Below the pieces are notes generated by a model, which saw only the letters and a list, made by a program, of their open reading frames with translations, was not told the DNA's origin and ran no database searches. From positions 32,959 to 96,958 of the IMG/VR virus record IMGVR_UViG_3300014205_000008: a stretch of 64,000 nt of DNA; one strand, given 5' to 3'. The stretch is from a virus (Duplodnaviria > Caudoviricetes). The position numbers and the translations under genes were made by a program. Shown here piece after piece: positions 20,644 to 30,644 of this stretch (its first letter is position 1; each line of letters opens with the position of its first letter).

Positions 20644-22056
20644 TTAAAATGAACCTCCATCAATTATAGCCATAAATTCAACAGCATTACCTGCGGCATT
20701 AACACGTAAAAGACTATAAGCTTCACCTGTATAAGCTGCTGGAGTGTCATCTAATTCAAGAAAGGTATCTGCTGTAGCTGCTAATTCATCTACATAAGCC
20801 TTAGTAACAAGATATTCATCTGAACCTGTTTCTGCTGCTCCACGAGCTACTCCCATAAAAGAGTCAGCAGTAGAACCAATAGTAAAACTTATTCTTCCAG
20901 CAGTTCCAAATCCAATTCTATCTGCTGTAGTTTTACCTACCCATCCTGTAGTTTGTAAATTTGCAGAACCATGATTAAAATTTCCTGTAGAATGAACTAT
21001 TTGATCTGTTGCGCCAAAGTATTGAATTGCTCCATCTGCTAAATATAGATCACTCCACATCTTAGTAGCAGAACCTAATGCAATAGTATCTGTAGTCCCA
21101 GGTAACAAAGACTTATTAATAGCAACTGTATCTTCTAAATTACTTAACCATTTATTAGCACCACCACCTACTTGTGAAAACTGTACAAAAGTTAATGTAG
21201 TAGTATCAACAGTAATTGGATTGTTTGTAGACAACATCCAACCTTGATCAGCATGAACAGTACCTTCAGTAATGAAAGTATATGTACCTGCCATTACTTC
21301 ATCATCTTCATCATAGTCTGTAACACGAGTCAATATTGCAGCTACACCAGCAGTACCCTCAGTAGTAACTTCATATATACCACCATTAGAAGTATAACCT
21401 GATATTAAAATCCTATCTCCTAATACAGTATTAACACTATCAATAGTAAGTATTCCAACAGCATCCATTGTCAAAGTCTTTCCAACCTTACTACCAGCCG
21501 CTGTATAAGCAGGGAGTTCTCCAGCAAGAGCAAGTACTCTACAGCTTTCTTTTGATCTTACACCCATCGCTAGAGCATCTGCATAAGATTTAATAACATA
21601 GTCATCATCAAGTATAGGAGCAGTACCAGCTCTAAGTAGATAACCTCCCATTGAGAAATCAGCAGCAGCTTGTCCGCTCAATGCGGCCATAGTCTCTGCG
21701 CCAGTTAATCCTTCTATACCAGCAGCTGTAAATCTTGCAAATTCATTATCATTTGGACTGCCATCAACTTGTAACATATTGTTATCTGCAATACCAATAG
21801 CTACAGCCGCTATATTTCCCCCTGTCAGTCTACCAACAATAGTTTGTTCTGTAACTGTTAATGCTAAAGGAGTATCGTCTGCATTAGCAGCTAATATGCT
21901 ATTAGCACCAAAAAGTTTGTGCATTACAACTTCCCAGTTAGTAGTACCATCGCCTATATGAAGTTGCGCTGTATCTGTAGAAAAACCTAACTCTCCTGCA
22001 CTAAGAGTAGGAAGAGATGCAAAGAGACCCCTTTTTATTTGTATTTTATTTGCCAT
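20644..22056 (-). CDS. Tail fibre protein
   Basis: MANKIQIKRG..LPTL.AGELGF.TDT..LHIGDG; KESCRV...GDRILI...NGGIY...LTR.TDYD; ends IDGGSF. Confidence 0.7.
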   Translation of the reverse strand: MANKIQIKRGLFASLPTLSAGELGFSTDTAQLHIGDGTTNWEVVMHKLFGANSILAANADDTPLALTVTEQTIVGRLTGGNIAAVAIGIADNNMLQVDGSPNDNEFARFTAAGIEGLTGAETMAALSGQAAADFSMGGYLLRAGTAPILDDDYVIKSYADALAMGVRSKESCRVLALAGELPAYTAAGSKVGKTLTMDAVGILTIDSVNTVLGDRILISGYTSNGGIYEVTTEGTAGVAAILTRVTDYDEDDEVMAGTYTFITEGTVHADQGWMLSTNNPITVDTTTLTFVQFSQVGGGANKWLSNLEDTVAINKSLLPGTTDTIALGSATKMWSDLYLADGAIQYFGATDQIVHSTGNFNHGSANLQTTGWVGKTTADRIGFGTAGRISFTIGSTADSFMGVARGAAETGSDEYLVTKAYVDELAATADTFLELDDTPAAYTGEAYSLLRVNAAGNAVEFMAIIDGGSF

Positions 22057-22067
22057 TATTTTATATT

Positions 22068-22718
22068 TTAAAATGAACCACCATCAATATTAACTTCATC
22101 ACTACCACCTATTTCGTGTTGAGTATGATGATGTTCTAACGCATATTCTGTATGAGAATGTGCAAAACTTTCTATGATTTCACTACCATTAAGCATTGTA
22201 AATACTACCGAACTAATATTTTCAGCATTAACATTAGCTAAATAAGTAACATCAGTTAATAAATTATATCTACCATCTAAATCTTTTGTTAAATCACTAC
22301 CTACATTCCTGCCTAAAGTAAGTATACCAGTTGCGGTATCAAACTCTAAAGAATTAACATATTCATCTGCGGGAGGAGTATATGTATTATTAATTGTAAT
22401 GTCACCATTCTCTTCATAAACAATAGATATGTCAGTACCAGATACTAAATTAATTGAATCATTTGATCCAATTTCAACAACGGGTATTCCGTCTATATTT
22501 AAATTCCAGACAATAGAATCAAGGACAAGTTCAAGAGATCCTGTATAAATAGGTATATCATCATCTAGTCCTTGATTCGTAGTTAATTTTGTCTGTGCTG
22601 GCGCTGACCAGTCTCTAAATTTTTTTGAAAATCTATCCTCTGTATCTTGTATTCTATCAACCTTCAGTCTATCCCACGTCCAGTCCCATATTAATTGTTT
22701 TTGTTCGTATGATAACAT
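22068..22718 (-). CDS. Fibre-associated structural protein
   Basis: FDTATGILTLGR...DLDGRY motif; ends IDGGSF. Confidence 0.55.
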   Translation of the reverse strand: MLSYEQKQLIWDWTWDRLKVDRIQDTEDRFSKKFRDWSAPAQTKLTTNQGLDDDIPIYTGSLELVLDSIVWNLNIDGIPVVEIGSNDSINLVSGTDISIVYEENGDITINNTYTPPADEYVNSLEFDTATGILTLGRNVGSDLTKDLDGRYNLLTDVTYLANVNAENISSVVFTMLNGSEIIESFAHSHTEYALEHHHTQHEIGGSDEVNIDGGSF

Positions 22719-22751
22719 ATTCTTAAATATTTAAATACAGGTATATATTTT

Positions 22752-23999
22752 TTATATTGATTGTAATACTAATTTTCTCCAATTTGCACCAGAAATAGTA
22801 TTTGCGGTCATGGCTATATAAAGATTTGTAGAATCATAATATAATTGGCCTGTCCCAGCGACAGTTCCATTAACTCCTCCCGCAAGAAATAAATCACCAT
22901 TAGTCCACGAACCATCAGCAAGAGTTTCTGCTATACCAATTGAGTTCCCTGAAACTCCTTTAATTAAAGATGTGGCCGTCATTGTAGCTGGACTTGCTTT
23001 TACAGCTGTAGCATTTGCATTAACTACAGTACCAGTTCCATATAAAACACCTTCGTTAGTGCCTGCTCCAGCATCATATGTAATTGCAAGAACTAAATTA
23101 TTAATAGAATCTTCAGTAGTAGCGCCAATTAATACATCATTAGCGGTTTGTACCGCAATCCCGCCAACTAAAGTAGTATTCCCCCAAGTAGCATGAGTAG
23201 CGGTTCCGGCGGTATCATATTGATTACCTAGAGTCCCAACAGTATCATATGTAACTAACATTGTATCAGCAGTAGCTTTACTAGCGGTAACTGCACCTTG
23301 TGATAAAGTATCAACTGAATAATTAGTACCTTCTACACCAGTACCCTCAATAGCGGCAATTAAATTATCCATTGAAGCTTCAGTAGTTGTAGCGGCAATT
23401 AAAACTTCATTTGCAACAGTTGGTTCAGCGCTAAGAGCGGTTTTAAAAGTATAAGTAGTATTTCCCATTAATACAGTATCTCCATCATGTGGTTGATCTG
23501 TATTCATTGTCAAGGTTCCTGTTGCTGCAACACCTGCTCCAACTGCTACTCTAAATTTATAAGCAGTTCCTCCTATTGTAATTAAAGTGGCTTCTACTGG
23601 ATTTGTACCAATAGTTAATACACTACTTGCTGCTACCGCATTTAACGGAGTACCTGAAATTACAATATTATCTAATTGTGTCTGAATATTAGAACTAACA
23701 TTGTTTAAATATCCTAATTCTGTATCCGTAATTACTGCAGTCCCATAAGTTACTGCAGTAATATTACCAACATATATATCATTTGCTGTTGAATTTCCAG
23801 CTGTTGTTACATTATCAAGTGTTTGTAACGCACCAATACTTGAGGTTACAAATTTATTAGTTGCGCTTGGTGTGTCAGTTCCTGTAGGAATTGCTTCTCT
23901 TTCATTTAAAGATAGATGCTCACTAAAATAAAATGCATGAGCACGTCTTGCCCATGAATCTAAATTATTTCTGTAGAATTTTGTATATATATTACTCAT
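22752..23999 (-). CDS. Fibre/decoration protein with nested duplicated domain
   Basis: Two copies of A.G.LT...P..G.T..IG...Y.F...N.VLI.AT...S..NL..AI. Confidence 0.55.
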   Translation of the reverse strand: MSNIYTKFYRNNLDSWARRAHAFYFSEHLSLNEREAIPTGTDTPSATNKFVTSSIGALQTLDNVTTAGNSTANDIYVGNITAVTYGTAVITDTELGYLNNVSSNIQTQLDNIVISGTPLNAVAASSVLTIGTNPVEATLITIGGTAYKFRVAVGAGVAATGTLTMNTDQPHDGDTVLMGNTTYTFKTALSAEPTVANEVLIAATTTEASMDNLIAAIEGTGVEGTNYSVDTLSQGAVTASKATADTMLVTYDTVGTLGNQYDTAGTATHATWGNTTLVGGIAVQTANDVLIGATTEDSINNLVLAITYDAGAGTNEGVLYGTGTVVNANATAVKASPATMTATSLIKGVSGNSIGIAETLADGSWTNGDLFLAGGVNGTVAGTGQLYYDSTNLYIAMTANTISGANWRKLVLQSI

Positions 24000-24020
24000 C
24001 TTTTTGTTTGTTTATATTGT

Positions 24021-24053
24021 AAAAAAAAAGAGAGGAAGTTACTCCTCCCTTTT
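24021..24053 (-). terminator. Rho-independent terminator
   Basis: AGGGAGGAGTAACTTCCTCTC followed by T9. Confidence 0.75.
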
Positions 24054-24079
24054 AATAATCTGTAAATTAATAGGATAAA

Positions 24080-25303
24080 TTAAGCTGCTGTCAATCCAGA
24101 GATTGATGTTGCTGTATTTAAGTCAATATTGAGTTTAATTTCTTCTGCTGATGGCATAAATATATAAATTTCACCAATAGAAGCCGGAGCCTGTCCAACA
24201 ATATTAGTAAATTCAGAATCTTTCCATTTAAGGTAAGTACCTTTTTGTCCATTAGCATTAGTAAGTGTAGTATAAATAGTAGCAGAGCTAAGTTGACTAT
24301 CTACAGGCAGAGTATCTACTCTGTATCCAAATCCACGATTTCCCATTGCAAACCATTCAAGTTCTTTAATCTGATTTGTAGTTAAAGATCCTTTACTTCC
24401 TTCTGTAACTGTTTCGGTAGTTAAATCACCAGCAAGCAAATCAAACGTATAGTTTAAATCTCTCCATGTGCCAGCGATAAAATTTGTACGAGCAGCTGCG
24501 GTGAATTCTAATTTTACTACGGCAGCAGCACCTAAAACAGCTGTAATTTGCTCCATAGTGTTATTAGCTACGGCAGCATTAGTAGCCCCAGCATAAGGAC
24601 GATCTAAAGTAATTGTTTCTGCAGTAGTATCAATTGCTGAAATCAAGTAAACTGGATCAGTCACAGCTGTTCCAAATCTAATAAATACTCCAGCTGCTAA
24701 AGCCGTTGCTCCTGTTGCATCATCTACATCTGTACCGAAAGTTACCGTCTTAGAACCATTGGTAACAGCAGCTGTTCCAGCGCCAGTCCCTATAATTGCT
24801 CCGGCATGATCCATTAAAATTTCTCCAGTAATATACTGTTCTGGTTCACGAGCCATATTAGCATCAAAGTTTATCAGTAGCCTACTAGCTATAGTATAAG
24901 CATCTACGGCAGTAGTTAAAGTTTTATACGTTGCACTCTTCATCATAGCTTTATTACCATAGGTAGTCATGCTATCTTTAATTACAAACCACAAAGTAGT
25001 TACTTCGTCTTTTGCTACTCCATCAGGAATAGTTACCGTTTTCTTTGTATAAGTAGGTGCTACATATACACTTGATTTTGCTTTAAGAATATTTACTCCA
25101 CTCAAAAATGGAGAGAATTCTAATACTCCTTTATCGTTGTATTTTGCAATACGGAATCTTTGCCCTGTAATAGAAGTTCCGCCTGCTCCATTGAGCCAAG
25201 TTCCATTTTCTAATTGAATCCCAATTTCTCCAGCTGCATTAGGAGCGGCAGAAGCCGAGAACGAACTGCCTACAAAGACATACGTTACGTTATTTTCATT
25301 CAT
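24080..25303 (-). CDS. Auxiliary capsid / major structural protein (crAss-like)
   Basis: Ala/Thr-rich; IKELEWFAMGNRGFGYR motif; followed by a strong terminator. Confidence 0.55.
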   Translation of the reverse strand: MNENNVTYVFVGSSFSASAAPNAAGEIGIQLENGTWLNGAGGTSITGQRFRIAKYNDKGVLEFSPFLSGVNILKAKSSVYVAPTYTKKTVTIPDGVAKDEVTTLWFVIKDSMTTYGNKAMMKSATYKTLTTAVDAYTIASRLLINFDANMAREPEQYITGEILMDHAGAIIGTGAGTAAVTNGSKTVTFGTDVDDATGATALAAGVFIRFGTAVTDPVYLISAIDTTAETITLDRPYAGATNAAVANNTMEQITAVLGAAAVVKLEFTAAARTNFIAGTWRDLNYTFDLLAGDLTTETVTEGSKGSLTTNQIKELEWFAMGNRGFGYRVDTLPVDSQLSSATIYTTLTNANGQKGTYLKWKDSEFTNIVGQAPASIGEIYIFMPSAEEIKLNIDLNTATSISGLTAA

Positions 25304-25325
25304 AATAATTAAATATTAAATTAAA

Positions 25326-25955
25326 TTACCCTCCTTGTTTTATGACACTAAGAGAGTTTAGCGCTAATTGAATAGCAATATCGACAATATTTTCTAAGTC
25401 AATATCTTTAAATTCTAAGCTTGTTGAATCTTCTGTCGAAAATTCTATTGTTTGAGGACTAGTTAAATACCTATAAATATAATTTACTGGTGTAATTCCA
25501 CTTGAAATTATCTCAACATAGCCATCTACATCTAATCTCCACACTAAATCTACATATGGATTCTTAAACGGATTCTTTATATTTGCATGATATTGATCAT
25601 GCGTTATTGGTTTTGAGGTTATTCTTGCTCCAGTAGATGTTGTAACGTATTCCTCAACTATTCTATACAAAGTTCCATCAACTGATGAAGGAAGTGTATA
25701 GAATTTAGATGTTGTACTTAAGGCTGTTACACCTGTAGGAGATACTGATGTTAATGAATGACTCTTTGTAAATGGAGACAACACTCTTCTTACCTCTTCG
25801 TTACGCTCAAACACATCAGCTAAAGCTTTAAAATATCCATTCTGTGCATTATTTAGGAAAACCTCAACTTCACTTGTTAAGAAAGTCTTGTTTGTATTAG
25901 TCATTAAAGGACCAATCTTGCTTTCAAACAAGAATAATAGTTCATACTTATTCAT
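25326..25955 (-). CDS. Tail ring protein paralog
   Basis: EVEVFLNNAQ...FERNEE.RR.L...NPFKNP...YLTSP...IVDIAI. Confidence 0.65.
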   Translation of the reverse strand: MNKYELLFLFESKIGPLMTNTNKTFLTSEVEVFLNNAQNGYFKALADVFERNEEVRRVLSPFTKSHSLTSVSPTGVTALSTTSKFYTLPSSVDGTLYRIVEEYVTTSTGARITSKPITHDQYHANIKNPFKNPYVDLVWRLDVDGYVEIISSGITPVNYIYRYLTSPQTIEFSTEDSTSLEFKDIDLENIVDIAIQLALNSLSVIKQGG

Positions 25956-25963
25956 ACTATATC

Positions 25964-26653
25964 TTATTTAGTTTGAACTAACCTCATTTTAAATTCATTT
26001 ACATATGTATTAACTGACAGTCTAACTATTTCTTCATGCAAGAATGGAGCTAATTCACATTTACTTGTAATAGAATACGTTAATGCTGTAGGTTGTTTTA
26101 TATATGTAATAGCATTATTAATTGGGGCAGACATTAATCTATCAACAACAGTAATAAATTTATCATAATCCTTATCTCCACTATGATTACGGATAGTAAC
26201 AACTGGAGATAACAATAACGGTTTATTATTTGGAGTCTCAATAAGTCTATCTAACTCTTTATAGTCAACTTCTTCATTATTAACCCACTTTGTTGTAGTA
26301 GCTAAAAAGTCTGTTCTAGTTATTTCTGTATCAGATCTAATATAAGCTAAAAAATCAGATGGTAAATCACATGAAAAAGCATTTTTTAAATATGGTATTG
26401 CTGTAAAAACAATAGGGGTTACGTTATATGAATTATTTACTAACTCATTTAACTCTCCTATATTAATTCTTAATCTTAAAGCTTTCTCCTTAAAAGAAGA
26501 ATCACTTAAGTATTTCTCTTTAATATACCTATTTATAGTTCTGTTAATGTAATCTAAAATTTCATATGAATCAAGTCTCTCTTTATCTTTAAATGTTGGA
26601 CTAATCGTAAACAAGAGTTGTTGAAACGAATATACCATTTCTTTAGCGTTCAT
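25964..26653 (-). CDS. Tail ring protein paralog
   Basis: EILDYIN...LPSDF...YIKQP...CELAPFLHEEIV. Confidence 0.65.
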   Translation of the reverse strand: MNAKEMVYSFQQLLFTISPTFKDKERLDSYEILDYINRTINRYIKEKYLSDSSFKEKALRLRINIGELNELVNNSYNVTPIVFTAIPYLKNAFSCDLPSDFLAYIRSDTEITRTDFLATTTKWVNNEEVDYKELDRLIETPNNKPLLLSPVVTIRNHSGDKDYDKFITVVDRLMSAPINNAITYIKQPTALTYSITSKCELAPFLHEEIVRLSVNTYVNEFKMRLVQTK

Positions 26654-26654
26654 A

Positions 26655-27308
26655 TCAATTTGATTTACTGTTATCTTGCTGTCTAACTCTTGTATCGTTA
26701 GTAACGATTAAAGCATTTAAAACAGCTTTATTTACAATGTCCTGATGCCATTTTTCACTTAATTCACTATCCTGTGTAGTTTGAGTCATTTCTAAAGGCA
26801 TCCTTAGATATTTTAATCTATAAGAAAATTGATCAGTTAAATCACTTTCTATTATAGTATCGTTATCTATTACCAATAGAATTTTACCATCTTTTACTGT
26901 TACAATTGGATTGATTAATATTAAGTTATTTAATGCTGAATTTATAAACTTGTCTATAAGATTTACATCAATTAACTCACATCTTATCCATGAAGCAACC
27001 GCTATTACAGGATGAGAGACCCTTGTCAATATTACCTTTGAACTAATATAGAACATAAAGTCTGCTGGTAGTTCTATATAATTCAAGGTAACTTCTTCAG
27101 GATCAGTTCCTACCGTTTGCATATTAACTTCTTTTACAAGTGAATATAAATGGTTAGGACCGTTATTTATAAAGACCTTTTCAACAATCTCTTTTTGTGC
27201 TTTATTTAAAAAAGAAATAATTTCACTATCCTCAAACCCAGCAACAGCTCCACTACCATTTAAATCATATTCTAATAAAAAAGCATCTATCATTTGTTGA
27301 GTAGTCAT
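26655..27308 (-). CDS. Tail ring protein paralog
   Basis: EIISFLNKAQ...LPADFMF...YLRMP...SELSEKWHQDIV. Confidence 0.65.
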   Translation of the reverse strand: MTTQQMIDAFLLEYDLNGSGAVAGFEDSEIISFLNKAQKEIVEKVFINNGPNHLYSLVKEVNMQTVGTDPEEVTLNYIELPADFMFYISSKVILTRVSHPVIAVASWIRCELIDVNLIDKFINSALNNLILINPIVTVKDGKILLVIDNDTIIESDLTDQFSYRLKYLRMPLEMTQTTQDSELSEKWHQDIVNKAVLNALIVTNDTRVRQQDNSKSN

Positions 27309-27314
27309 ATTTTA

Positions 27315-28172
27315 CTATTTTGTTGTATTCTTAATTTGATTATCTATTCGTAAATAGATATCATCAGTATCTCGTTTATATATTTTTAGTTGCTCAACTG
27401 TTCCATTTAAAGTTGGATCGTTTTCATTAATAACGTCTCCGCCTTGTAAATAATATTTTCTATTTGTTCTTACGATTGCTCCAGCTTCAATTGCATCTTC
27501 AATGAATAATTTCATCTCATAATCATTATCTTTAATGATAGCGATTACATTATCAATTGTTTTTGAATCTTCAATAAGTTTATCAATTTCTCCTTTAAGG
27601 AAGTCAACAGTTGCTGTTGCAGATGGTTTTTTACCATATACACGCAAGAAATCAATCATCTTTTTAGTTGATCCTTCAATTTTACCAAGAAACATATAAG
27701 CGTCTTTTTTCTTATCTGCTACCCTTGCTCTACTTTCAATCATCTCATTTTCTTCTACAAGAGCAAACGTATAATCTCCACGATCAAATCTTTCTGCCCA
27801 AGACGGAGCAACGTGTGAGTCGATTTTCAATAATCGCCATCTTAGGTTATCAATAGGGTCGCTAAGATCCATTTCATAACCATCTCGCATTAATTTATCA
27901 TCTTTTCTAATCTTAACAGTAAATGTACTCCAAAAATTATCAATCTTCTTATGAATATTTAAATCTTCGTTTAATTTACTTTCAAAAAATTCTTGTTCTT
28001 CAGATGTTAAAATGGAAGCGAGTCTACCTTTTTTAATATCATATGGTAATACAAAATGTGTTTCTGTTCCAGAATACATAAATTCACCATCATGTCCTTT
28101 TGGATTCATTCCTCCAGGTTTTACAATAGGTTTTAGGAAAACCTTTTTGTCCTCTAAAAAATCTTTTTTCAT
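27315..28172 (-). CDS. Conserved crAss-like structural protein downstream of MCP
   Basis: DNFW...MDLSDPID...VAPSW...AYMFLG motifs; synteny. Confidence 0.6.
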   Translation of the reverse strand: MKKDFLEDKKVFLKPIVKPGGMNPKGHDGEFMYSGTETHFVLPYDIKKGRLASILTSEEQEFFESKLNEDLNIHKKIDNFWSTFTVKIRKDDKLMRDGYEMDLSDPIDNLRWRLLKIDSHVAPSWAERFDRGDYTFALVEENEMIESRARVADKKKDAYMFLGKIEGSTKKMIDFLRVYGKKPSATATVDFLKGEIDKLIEDSKTIDNVIAIIKDNDYEMKLFIEDAIEAGAIVRTNRKYYLQGGDVINENDPTLNGTVEQLKIYKRDTDDIYLRIDNQIKNTTK

Positions 28173-28193
28173 TCTTCTTCTTCTTAAATTTTT

Positions 28194-28228
28194 AAAAAAC
28201 TCCCTAAGTTTTTAGTACTCAGGGAGTT
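28194..28228 (-). terminator. Rho-independent terminator after MCP and homing endonuclease
   Basis: AACTCCCTGAGTACTAAAAACTTAGGGAGTTTTTT. Confidence 0.75.
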
Positions 28229-28236
28229 ATTATTGT

Positions 28237-29127
28237 TTAAATGTTATTATAACATTCACTTACTCCTTTAAAATTAATTATTGGAGTGTATCTAAATTTT
28301 TTATGTAAATGTTTAAATTCTATTTCCATTTTACTTATTGTTCTAGCATCACCTTCTTCAAGTTTGATAACTTTCCAACTATATGGCATTTTAATTTTAG
28401 TCTTATATCTTCTCGATATGTTATTAAAAGTTTTGCCAATCTTGTAAAAATGTTCATTTTCATTCCAACATTCGATAATGTAAAATTTAAATCCTTCAAA
28501 TCTACTAGAATTTAAGCCAGCCTTTTCCCAATTAGAAAAAGACCAGCCTTTATTCTCTTCTGCACATTCAGGACATCCATCACCAGATAAATGTTTGTTT
28601 GCACCTTGTGTAAAGAACCCGTGAATATTACAAATAATATTTATTTTATAAGCATGTCCTTTATAAGCAACCTTAGAATAATTATATTTATCTCCATGTA
28701 CAATTAACGCTCTTTGAATAAATTCATCTTTAGTTAATTTTTTGTTACCTGAACAAGCTATACAGCCATCACCAGAAAGATGTTTAACTGCTTTTTGTTC
28801 AAATATACCATGAATAGGGCAAATAATTTTAACCTTATTCTCTAAAACACTAAATTCAACTAAAGAATAGTTAAACTTATTATTATGTTTTAAACTTGCT
28901 CTTTTTATAAATTCTTTTATAGTTACCTTTTCTCTTCCAGCACATTTTGGACAATTTGCCCCGTTCATATGTTCTATAGGTCTTTGACTAAAAACTCCAT
29001 GCTCAACACATATTATATTTATATATGTTCTAGCATTTACATATTCAGATTTACTATAGTCATATTTTATAGTGTGTGAATTAATAGATCTTTCTATAAA
29101 CTCTTCTGTTGTTACTTTTTTAGACAT
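28237..29127 (-). mobile_element. Free-standing homing endonuclease (three zinc-ribbon DUF723-like repeats plus GIY-YIG-like C-terminus)
   Basis: 3x EFI.RA...H..KY.YS...Y......I.C..HG.F.Q....H..G.GC..C; FYIIEC...FYKIGKT...RR. Confidence 0.8.
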
Positions 29128-29146
29128 CCTAACTACCTGATAATCA

Positions 29147-30622
29147 TTATATTACATTTGGAAGGATGCGTGCGCACCTCATGGGATTCTTAATCCTCAA
29201 TCCACCAATAAACATCTTATGAACTTCGTAACCATCAACAGAACTAGCTGTCATACCTGGTTGAGTCAAGTTGTTATATGCTGAATAAGGATCACGCATA
29301 CCAGGAATATACTTAAAGATTTCTTCTTCACCTTCAAGCATTACCTTTTTAATGTTTGAGTCTCCACCTGCTGTACCAAAGTCAAGCAAATCGTATTCAC
29401 GTGAGGATAACAAACCACCATCTGGATGATATACTTTATTACGAATTGGGCTATCCTTCATAGGATCATGCATCAACTCAAAAGTAATACCATTTACAGT
29501 ACGATACTCCAAGAACTGTCCTTTGTAGGACATTTTATTACCAGAAATAGTAATACGATCTTGGAATTGATTTGGAGCCCATCCAGTAGCTTTATTTTCT
29601 ATTGCGTTATGGAATTGGAACATTCCGTATTCACCAGTTGACAAAACAAAACGCCTTGAATCTTCTGGTAGTTTACCTACAGAAAGACCAATTGCAATTT
29701 CAGTCAACCAATCAATATCAAATGTATTGTAATAGAAAATATTTGAAGGAGCGATTTGTTCGTACAAACCGTGACCTGCTCTAATTTCGTATCCAGATTC
29801 TCCAAGGTTTCCAAAACTTCCGTCTGCTTTTTTGTTTGAATTACCATAAAGTAACAAACGAGCACGTTCACGCCTAAACTGAGTTAGGAAATCCCAGTCA
29901 AGTTTCTTGATCCAGCGTGTTTCAACTTTACCTACGCCGTTTACAAATGAGAAAGCTAATGGTTTATTTTCACCTTTACGGATCATATTACCAGGAACTT
30001 CGTATTGTTTACGAATCATAGACAAGTTGTTCTCCATCATGAACGGAGAGGAATGCGATACATTACCACCACGTTTTGACAAAGTTTGTTCTACTAGAGA
30101 ATATTCTTTACTCCAACGAGTATTTGCAGCAACTTCGTCTGCAGGTACTGAAAGTAAATCATTACCAGTTACAAGCTGTACTGTATAAGCCCAATCCCCA
30201 TTATACGGTTCTGGATCTTTTATAATACGAAGCTTATATAAGTCTGGTTTTTCTCCTACAATAACATCAGTAGCGAAGAACATTTTCTCACCAAAAACGA
30301 GAACAAAGGGACTCATCCCTAAACCTGGTTTCGCTGGTAAGGCAGATCCGTCTACATCAGCATAAGAGGCAACAAGAGCGATATTTTTTTCATCTGCACC
30401 TTGCAACATCCATTTAAAAGGGACATCATCCTGTACGTATTCCGTAGGAAACTGATCGAGGAAAGATACAATATCATCTCCGCCAAGGTTAACTTTATAT
30501 ATCTGGTCAATGACTTTTGATATAAATTGAGGCTCTTGAGCATATAATGCTCCCAAGTGATTCTCAGTAGTTAAACCAGACCAATCTTTCGGTTCGTACT
30601 TTTGAAGTGGACTAATTAACAT
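29147..30622 (-). CDS. Major capsid protein (crAss-like)
   Basis: WSGLTTENHLGALY..EPQ...RWSKEYSLVEQTLS...IRAGHGLYEQI...RRFVLSTGEYG. Confidence 0.9.
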   Translation of the reverse strand: MLISPLQKYEPKDWSGLTTENHLGALYAQEPQFISKVIDQIYKVNLGGDDIVSFLDQFPTEYVQDDVPFKWMLQGADEKNIALVASYADVDGSALPAKPGLGMSPFVLVFGEKMFFATDVIVGEKPDLYKLRIIKDPEPYNGDWAYTVQLVTGNDLLSVPADEVAANTRWSKEYSLVEQTLSKRGGNVSHSSPFMMENNLSMIRKQYEVPGNMIRKGENKPLAFSFVNGVGKVETRWIKKLDWDFLTQFRRERARLLLYGNSNKKADGSFGNLGESGYEIRAGHGLYEQIAPSNIFYYNTFDIDWLTEIAIGLSVGKLPEDSRRFVLSTGEYGMFQFHNAIENKATGWAPNQFQDRITISGNKMSYKGQFLEYRTVNGITFELMHDPMKDSPIRNKVYHPDGGLLSSREYDLLDFGTAGGDSNIKKVMLEGEEEIFKYIPGMRDPYSAYNNLTQPGMTASSVDGYEVHKMFIGGLRIKNPMRCARILPNVI

Positions 30623-30644
30623 AATTTATTATTTAAAATTGTTT

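Noticed and set aside
17457-22056. Diversity-generating retroelement acting on fibre genes
   Set aside because: No reverse transcriptase and no template/variable repeat pair seen in this window
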